Assembly (NCBI GenBank): GCA_964057225.1
Contig: OZ059894.1
Location: forward strand, 19,406,001 to 19,470,000
Reading direction: 5' to 3'
DNA: 64,000 bases
Source of the DNA: Auanema rhodensis
Taxonomy: Eukaryota > Animalia > Nematoda
A model generated the notes under the pieces. That model was not told the origin of the DNA. It made no database searches and saw only the letters and a list, made by a program, of their open reading frames with translations. Of the stretch, positions 55,046-64,000 are shown piece by piece (positions within the stretch are counted from its first letter, which is position 1; each line of letters begins with the position of its first letter). The position numbers and the translations under genes were made by a program.

Positions 55046-57149
55046 TTATATCAGTTGATATCTCGGTGCATTTTTAAGCTAGCGCAAATCTGATAACACA
55101 GATCGACGCAGCTTAAAAATCCGCATCGAATGCAATATACTACATTGAGAAACGCTTAATACAAAAATTAGTTATGATCGTTTGAAAAATGATGCATTAG
55201 TGTATGTTGAGTTTCCATGTACACTCAACATTGCTTCCAAAAACATTTTGACAAAAATTTTTTCGAAAAATTTCAAAATAATTTAGCAAAAAGTAGATGT
55301 TTTTAGATTCCATTTTTCAAGGCAAAGACGATGGACAATGTTATTCAACGAAAAAATTAATTCTTCAGGGTGAAAATCGAGGATATAAGTGTGAACTTAT
55401 ATCAGTTGATATCTCGGTGCATTTTTAAACTAGCGCAAATCTGATAACACAGATCGACGCAGCTTAAAAATCCGCATCGAATGCACTATACTACATTGAG
55501 AAACGCTAAATACAAAAATTAGTTATGATCGTTTGAAAAATGATGCATTAGTGTATGTTGAGTTTCCATGTACACTCAACATTGCTTCCAAAAACATTTT
55601 GACAAAAATTTTTTCGAAAAATTTCAGAATAATTTAGCAAAAAGTAGATGTTTTTAGATTCCATTTTTCAAGGCAAAGACGATGGACAATGTTATTCAAC
55701 GAAAAAATTAATTCTTCAGGGTGAAAATCGAGGATATAAGTGTGAACTTATATCAGTTGATATCTCGGTGCATTTTTAAGCTAGCGCAAATCTGATAACA
55801 CAGATCGACGCAGCTTAAAAATCCGCATCGAATGCACTATACTACATTGAGAAACGCTTAATACAAAAATTAGTTATGATCGTTTGAAAAATGATGCATT
55901 AGTGTATGTTGAGTTTCCATGTACACTCAACATTGCTTCCAAAAACATTTTGACAAAAATTTTTTCGAAAAATTTCAAAATAATTTAGCAAAAAGTAGAT
56001 GTTTTTAGATTCCTTTTTTCAAGGCAAAGACGATGGACAATGTTATTCAACGAAAAAATCAATTCTTCAGGGTGAAAATCGAGGATATAAGTGTGAACTT
56101 ATATCAGTTGATATCTCGGTGCATTTTTAAACTAGCGCAAATCTGATAACACAGATCGACGCAGCTTAAAAATCCGCATCGAATGCACTATACTACATTG
56201 AGAAACGCTTAATACAAAAATTAGTTATGATCGTTTGAAAAATGATGCATTAGTGTATGTTGAGTTTCCATGTACACTCAACATTGCTTCCAAAAACATT
56301 TTGACAAAAATTTTTTCGAAAAATTTCAGAATAATTTAGCAAAAAGTAGATGTTTTTAGATTCCATTTTTCAAGGCAAAGACGATGGACAATGTTATTCA
56401 ACGAAAAAATTAATTCTTCAGGGTGAAAATCGAGGATATAAGTGTGAACTTATATCAGTTGATATCTCGGTGCATTTTTAAGCTAGCGCAAATCTGATAA
56501 CACAGATCGACGCAGCTTAAAAGTCCGCATCGAATGCACTTTACTACATTGAGAAACGCTTAATACAAAAATTAGTTATGATCGTTTGAAAAATGATGCA
56601 TTAGTGTATGTTGAGTTTCCATGTACACTCAACATTGCTACCAAAAACATTTTGACAAAAATTTTTTCGAAAAATTTCAGAATAATTTAGCAAAAAGTAG
56701 ATGTTTTTAGATTCCATTTTTCAAGGCAAAGACGATGGACAATGTTATTCAACGAAAAAATTAATTCTTCAGGGTGAAAATCGGGGATATAAGTGTGAAC
56801 TTATATCAGTTGATATCTCGGTGCATTTTTAAGCTAGCGCAAATCTGATAACACAGATCGACGCAGTTTAAAATCCGCATCGAATGCACTATACTCATTG
56901 AAAAACGCTTAATACAAAAATTAGTTATGATCGTTCGAAAAATGATGCATTAGTGTATGTTGAGTTTCCATGTACACTCAACATTGCTTCCAAAAACATT
57001 TTGACAAAAATTTTTTCGAAAAATTTCAGAATAATTTAGCAAAAAGTAGATGTTTTTAGATTCCTTTTTTCAAGGCAAAAACGATGGTCAATGTTATTCA
57101 ACGAAAAAATCAATTCTTCAGGGTGAAAATCGAGGATATAAGTGTGAAC

Positions 57150-60100
57150 TTATATCAGTTGATATCTCGGTGCATTTTTAAACTAGCGCAAATCTGATAA
57201 CACAGATCGACGCAGCTTACAAATCCGCATCGAATGCACTATACTACATTGAGAATCGCTTAATACAAAAATTAGTTATGATCGTTTGAAAAATGATGCA
57301 TTAGTGCATGTTGAGTTTCCATGTACACTCAACATTGCTTCCAAAAACATTTTGACAAAAATTTTTTCGAAAAATTTCAGAATAATTTAGCAAAAAGTAG
57401 ATGTTTTTAGATTCCATTTTTCAAGGCAAAGACGATGGACAATGTTATTCAACGAAAAAATTAATTCTTCAGGGTGAAAATCGAGGATATAAGTGTGAAC
57501 TTATATCAGTTGATATCTCGGTGCATTTTTAAGCTAGCGCAAATCTGATAACACAGATCGACGCAGCTTAAAAATCCGCATCGAATGCACTATACTACAT
57601 TGAGAAACGCTTAATACAAAAATTAGTTATGATCGTTTGAAAAATGATGCATTAGTGTATGTTGAGTTTCCATGTACACTCAACATTGCTTCCAAAAACA
57701 TTTTGACAAAAATTTTTTCGAAAAATTTCAAAATAATTTAGCAAAAAGTAGATGTTTTTAGATTCCTTTTTCCAAGGCAAAGACGATGGACAATGTTATT
57801 CAACGAAAAAATTAATTCTTCAGGGTGAAAATCGAGGATATAAGTGTGAACTTATATCAGTTGATATCTCGGTGCATTTTTAAGCTAGCGCAAATCTGCT
57901 AACACAGATCGACGCAGCTTAAAAATCCGCATCGAATGCACTATACTACATTGAGAAACGCTTAATACAAAAATTAGTTATGATCGTTTGAAAAATGATG
58001 CATTAGTGTATGTTGAGTTTTCATGTACACTCAACATTGCTTCCAAAAACATTTTGACAAAAATTTTTTCGAAAAATTTCAGAATAATTTAGCAAAAAGT
58101 AGATGTTTTTAGATTCCTTTTTTCAAGGCAAAAACGATGGTCAATGTTATTCAACGAAAAAATCAATTCTTCAGGGTGAAAATCGAGGATATAAGTGTGA
58201 ACTTATATCAGTTGATATCTCGGTGCATTTTTAAACTAGCGCAAATCTGATAACACAGATCGACGCAGCTTAAAAATCCGCATCGAATGCACTATACTAC
58301 ATTGAGAAACGCTTAATACAAAAATTAGTTATGATCGTTTGAAAAATGATGCATTAGTGCATGTTGAGTTTCCATGTACACTCAACATTGCTTCCAAAAA
58401 CATTTTGACAAAAATTTTTTCGAAAAATTTCAGAATAATTTAGCAAAAAGTAGATGTTTTTAGATTCCATTTTTCAAGGCAAAGACGATGGACAATGTTA
58501 TTCAACGAAAAAATTAATTCTTCAGGGTGAAAATCGAGGATATAAGTGTGAACTTATATCAGTTGATATCTCGGTGCATTTTTAAGCTAGCGCAAATCTG
58601 ATAACACAGATCGACGCAGCTTAAAAATCCGCATCGAATGCACTATACTACATTGAGAAACGCTTAATACAAAAATTAGTTATGATCGTTTGAAAAATGA
58701 TGCATTAGTGTATGTTGAGTTTCCATGTACACTCAACATTGCTTCCAAAAACATTTTGACAAAAATTTTTTCGAAAAATTTCAAAATAATTTAGCAAAAA
58801 GTAGATGTTTTTAGATTCCTTTTTCCAAGGCAAAGACGATGGACAATGTTATTCAACGAAAAAATTAATTCTTCAGGGTGAAAATCGAGGATATAAGTGT
58901 GAACTTATATCAGTTGATATCTCGGTGCATTTTTAAGCTAGCGCAAATCTGCTAACACAGATCGACGCAGCTTAAAAATCCGCATCGAATGCACTATACT
59001 ACATTGAGAAACGCTTAATACAAAAATTAGTTATGATCGTTTGAAAAATGATGCATTAGTGTATGTTGAGTTTTCATGTACACTCAACATTGCTTCCAAA
59101 AACATTTTGACAAAAATTTTTTCGAAAAATTTCAGAATAATTTAGCAAAAAGTAGATGTTTTTAGATTCCTTTTTTCAAGGCAAAAACGATGGTCAATGT
59201 TATTCAACGAAAAAATCAATTCTTCAGGGTGAAAATCGAGGATATAAGTGTGAACTTATATCAGTTGATATCTCGGTGCATTTTTAAACTAGCGCAAATC
59301 TGATAACACAGATCGACGCAGCTTAAAAATCCGCATCGAATGCACTATACTACATTGAGAAACGCTTAATACAAAAATTAGTTATGATCGTTTGAAAAAT
59401 GATGCATTAGTGCATGTTGAGTTTCCATGTACACTCAACATTGCTTCCAAAAACATTTTGACAAAAATTTTTTCGAAAAATTTCAGAATAATTTAGCAAA
59501 AAGTAGATGTTTTTAGATTCCATTTTTCAAGGCAAAGACGATGGACAATGTTATTCAACGAAAAAATTAATTCTTCAGGGTGAAAATCGAGGATATAAGT
59601 GTGAACTTATATCAGTTGATATCTCGGTGCATTTTTAAGCTAGCGCAAATCTGATAACACAGATCGACGCAGCTTAAAAATCCGCATCGAATGCACTATA
59701 CTACATTGAGAAACGCTTAATACAAAAATTAGTTATGATCGTTTGAAAAATGATGCATTAGTGTATGTTGAGTTTCCATGTACACTCAACATTGCTTCCA
59801 AAAACATTTTGACAAAAATTTTTTCGAAAAATTTCAAAATAATTTAGCAAAAAGTAGATGTTTTTAGATTCCTTTTTTCAAGGCAAAGACGATGGACAAT
59901 GTTATTCAACGAAAAAATTAATTCTTCAGGGTGAAAATCGAGGATATAAGTGTGAACTTATATCAGTTGATATCTCGGTGCATTTTTAAGCTAGCGCAAA
60001 TCTGCTAACACAGATCGACGCAGCTTAAAAATCCGCATCGAATGCACTATACTACATTGAGAAACGCTTAATACAAAAATTAGTTATGATCGTTTGAAAA

Positions 60101-63100
60101 ATGATGCATTAGTGTATGTTGAGTTTTCATGTACACTCAACATTGCTTCCAAAAACATTTTGACAAAAATTTTTTCGAAAAATTTCAGAATAATTTAGCA
60201 AAAAGTAGATGTTTTTAGATTCCTTTTTTCAAGGCAAAAACGATGGTCAATGTTATTCAACGAAAAAATCAATTCTTCAGGGTGAAAATCGAGGATATAA
60301 GTGTGAACTTATATCAGTTGATATCTCGGTGCATTTTTAAACTAGCGCAAATCTGATAACACAGATCGACGCAGCTTAAAAATCCGCATCGAATGCACTA
60401 TACTACATTGAGAAACGCTTAATACAAAAATTAGTTATGATCGTTTGAAAAATGATGCATTAGTGCATGTTGAGTTTCCATGTACACTCAACATTGCTTC
60501 CAAAAACATTTTGACAAAAATTTTTTCGAAAAATTTCAGAATAATTTAGCAAAAAGTAGATGTTTTTAGATTCCATTTTTCAAGGCAAAGACGATGGACA
60601 ATGTTATTCAACGAAAAAATTAATTCTTCAGGGTGAAAATCGAGGATATAAGTATGAACTTATATCAGTTGATATCTCGGTGCATTTTTAAGCTAGCGCA
60701 AATCTGATAACACAGATCGACGCAGCTTAAAAATCCGCATCGAATGCACTATACTACATTGAGAAACGCTTAATACAAAAATTAGTTATGATCGTTTGAA
60801 AAATGATGCATTAGTGTATGTTGAGTTTCCATGTACACTCAACATTGCTTCCAAAAACATTTTGACAAAAATTTTTTCGAAAAATTTCAGAATAATTTAG
60901 CAAAAAGTAGATGTTTTTAGATTCCTTTTTTCAAGGCAAAGACGATGGACAATGTTATTCAACGAAAAAATTAATTCTTCAGGGTGAAAATCGAGGATAT
61001 AAGTGTGAACTTATATCAGTTGATATCTCGGTGCATTTTTAAGCTAGCGCAAATCTGATAACACAGATCGACGCAGCTTAAAAGTCCGCATCGAATGCAC
61101 TTTACTACATTGAGAAACGCTTAATACAAAAATTAGTTATGATCGTTTGAAAAATGATGCATTAGTGTATGTTGAGTTTCCATGTACACTCAACATTGCT
61201 TCCAAAAACATTTTGACAAAAATTTTTTCGAAAAATTTCAGAATAATTTAGCAAAAAGTAGATGTTTTTAGATTCCATTTTTCAAGGCAAAGACGATGGA
61301 CAATGTTATTCAACGAAAAAATTAATTCTTCAGGGTGAAAATCGAGGATATAAGTGTGAACTTATATCAGTTGATATCTCGGTGCATTTTTAAGCTAGCG
61401 CAAATCTGATAACACAGATCGACGCAGTTTAAAATCCGCATCGAATGCACTATACTCATTGAAAAACGCTTAATACAAAAATTAGTTATGATCGTTCGAA
61501 AAATGATGCATTAGTGTATGTTGAGTTTCCATGTACACTCAACATTGCTTCCAAAAACATTTTGACAAAAATTTTTTCGAAAAATTTCAGAATAATTTAG
61601 CAAAAAGTAGATGTTTTTAGATTCCTTTTTTCAAGGCAAAAACGATGGTCAATGTTATTCAACGAAAAAATCAATTCTTCAGGGTGAAAATCGAGGATAT
61701 AAGTGTGAACTTATATCAGTTGATATCTCGGTGCATTTTTAAACTAGCGCAAATCTGATAACACAGATCGACGCAGCTTAAAAATCCGCATCGAATGCAC
61801 TATACTACATTGAGAATCGCTTAATACAAAAATTAGTTATGATCGTTTGAAAAATGATGCATTAGTGCATGTTGAGTTTCCATGTACACTCAACATTGCT
61901 TCCAAAAACATTTTGACAAAAATTTTTTCGAAAAATTTCAGAATAATTTAGCAAAAAGTAGATGTTTTTAGATTCCATTTTTCAAGGCAAAGACGATGGA
62001 CAATGTTATTCAACGAAAAAATTAATTCTTCAGGGTGAAAATCGAGGATATAAGTGTGAACTTATATCAGTTGATATCTCGGTGCATTTTTAAGCTAGCG
62101 CAAATCTGATAACACAGATCGACGCAGCTTAAAAATCCGCATCGAATGCACTATACTACATTGAGAATCGCTTAATACAAAAATTAGTTATGATCGTTTG
62201 AAAAATGATGCATTAGTGCATGTTGAGTTTCCATGTACACTCAACATTGCTTCCAAAAACATTTTGACAAAAATTTTTTCGAAAAATTTCAGAATAATTT
62301 AGCAAAAAGTAGATGTTTTTAGATTCCATTTTTCAAGGCAAAGACGATGGACAATGTTATTCAACGAAAAAATTAATTCTTCAGGGTGAAAATCGAGGAT
62401 ATAAGTGTGAACTTATATCAGTTGATATCTCGGTGCATTTTTAAGCTAGCGCAAATCTGATAACACAGATCGACGCAGCTTAAAAATCCGCATCGAATGC
62501 ACTATACTACATTGAGAAACGCTTAATACAAAAATTAGTTATGATCGTTTGAAAAATGATGCATTAGTGTATGTTGAGTTTCCATGTACACTCAACATTG
62601 CTTCCAAAAACATTTTGACAAAAATTTTTTCGAAAAATTTCAAAATAATTTAGCAAAAAGTAGATGTTTTTAGATTCCTTTTTCCAAGGCAAAGACGATG
62701 GACAATGTTATTCAACGAAAAAATTAATTCTTCAGGGTGAAAATCGAGGATATAAGTGTGAACTTATATCAGTTGATATCTCGGTGCATTTTTAAGCTAG
62801 CGCAAATCTGCTAACACAGATCGACGCAGCTTAAAAATCCGCATCGAATGCACTATACTACATTGAGAAACGCTTAATACAAAAATTAGTTATGATCGTT
62901 TGAAAAATGATGCATTAGTGTATGTTGAGTTTTCATGTACACTCAACATTGCTTCCAAAAACATTTTGACAAAAATTTTTTCGAAAAATTTCAGAATAAT
63001 TTAGCAAAAAGTAGATGTTTTTAGATTCCTTTTTTCAAGGCAAAAACGATGGTCAATGTTATTAAACGAAAAAATCAATTCTTCAGGGTGAAAATCGAGG

Positions 63101-64000
63101 ATATAAGTGTGAACTTATATCAGTTGATATCTCGGTGCATTTTTAAACTAGCGCAAATCTGATAACACAGATCGACGCAGCTTAAAAATCCGCATCGAAT
63201 GCACTATACTACATTGAGAAACGCTTAATACAAAAATTAGTTATGATCGTTTGAAAAATGATGCATTAGTGCATGTTGAGTTTCCATGTACACTCAACAT
63301 TGCTTCCAAAAACATTTTGACAAAAATTTTTTCGAAAAATTTCAGAATAATTTAGCAAAAAGTAGATGTTTTTAGATTCCATTTTTCAAGGCAAAGACGA
63401 TGGACAATGTTATTCAACGAAAAAATTAATTCTTCAGGGTGAAAATCGAGGATATAAGTGTGAACTTATATCAGTTGATATCTCGGTGCATTTTTAAGCT
63501 AGCGCAAATCTGATAACACAGATCGACGCAGCTTAAAAATCCGCATCGAATGCACTATACTACATTGAGAAACGCTTAATACAAAAATTAGTTATGATCG
63601 TTTGAAAAATGATGCATTAGTGTATGTTGAGTTTCCATGTACACTCAACATTGCTTCCAAAAACATTTTGACAAAAATTTTTTCGAAAAATTTCAAAATA
63701 ATTTAGCAAAAAGTAGATGTTTTTAGATTCCTTTTTTCAAGGCAAAGACGATGGACAATGTTATTCAACGAAAAAATTAATTCTTCAGGGTGAAAATCGA
63801 GGATATAAGTGTGAACTTATATCAGTTGATATCTCGGTGCATTTTTAAGCTAGCGCAAATCTGCTAACACAGATCGACGCAGCTTAAAAATCCGCATCGA
63901 ATGCACTATACTACATTGAGAAACGCTTAATACAAAAATTAGTTATGATCGTTTGAAAAATGATGCATTAGTGTATGTTGAGTTTTCATGTACACTCAAC
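57150..64000. repeat. 3-mer HOR domain (P-Q-R, 1053 bp), interrupted at 60660-61710
   Basis: P (aaactagc, tagtgcat) at 57150, 58203, 59256, 60309, 61711 and 63115. R (ctgctaac, ttttcatg, caaaaacg, ggtc, aatc) at 57852, 58905, 59958, 62764 and 63817 (the last truncated by the window end). Confidence 0.9.

Larger units (their letters stand above)
1..64000. repeat. Tandem satellite DNA array, 350/351-bp monomer, ~182 copies, single orientation; family not identified
   Basis: The motif ttatatcagttgatatctcggtgc recurs at 1, 351, 702, 1053 ... 63817 with 347-351 bp spacing and no unique intervening sequence. Neighbouring monomers differ at only a handful of sites. The array runs off both window ends. 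Confidence 0.99.

Noticed and set aside
1-64000. CRISPR-like array or repeat-spacer system
   Set aside because: The entire 350-bp unit is repeated, with no unique spacers and no cas genes.
1-64000. Tandem 5S rRNA, tRNA, snRNA or spliced-leader gene cluster
   Set aside because: I recognise no 5S sequence, cloverleaf, Pol III A/B/C boxes or SL/Sm-site arrangement on either strand. Rfam cmscan would be the definitive test.
1-64000. Transposon insertion, inversion or array boundary
   Set aside because: Monomer phase and orientation are continuous throughout. The largest indel seen is 4 bp.
1-64000. Variant pattern as an information-bearing code or programmed diversification
   Set aside because: The patterns are adequately explained by ordinary duplication, conversion and point mutation. 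Nothing indicates a template, recombinase site or targeted hypermutation.

Overview
The whole 64 kb window is one uninterrupted head-to-tail tandem array of about 182 copies of a 350/351-bp AT-rich monomer (~32% GC by hand count of monomer 1), all in the same orientation. This is eukaryotic-type satellite DNA, most plausibly (peri)centromeric or heterochromatic; I cannot assign the family or organism. I found no genes, RNA genes, transposon insertions, CRISPR spacers or array edges, and the single ORF in the track is a by-product of one point mutation. Monomers differ mainly at about 9 recurrent biallelic sites plus rarer markers. Read as a barcode, these variants show a layered expansion history: a near-perfect 10,165-bp (29-monomer) tandem duplication, local 2-, 3-, 4- and 7-mer higher-order repeats (HORs), a 13-monomer recurrence, a ~14-kb sub-family domain defined by one variant, and singleton-rich zones between the expansions. 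The monomer is dense in inverted repeats, including a 9-bp stem with a GTGA loop and a long nested stem-loop. The sequence does not support a novel protein-coding system. The interest lies in the array architecture and the monomer's structural potential. All counts were made by eye and should be confirmed computationally.
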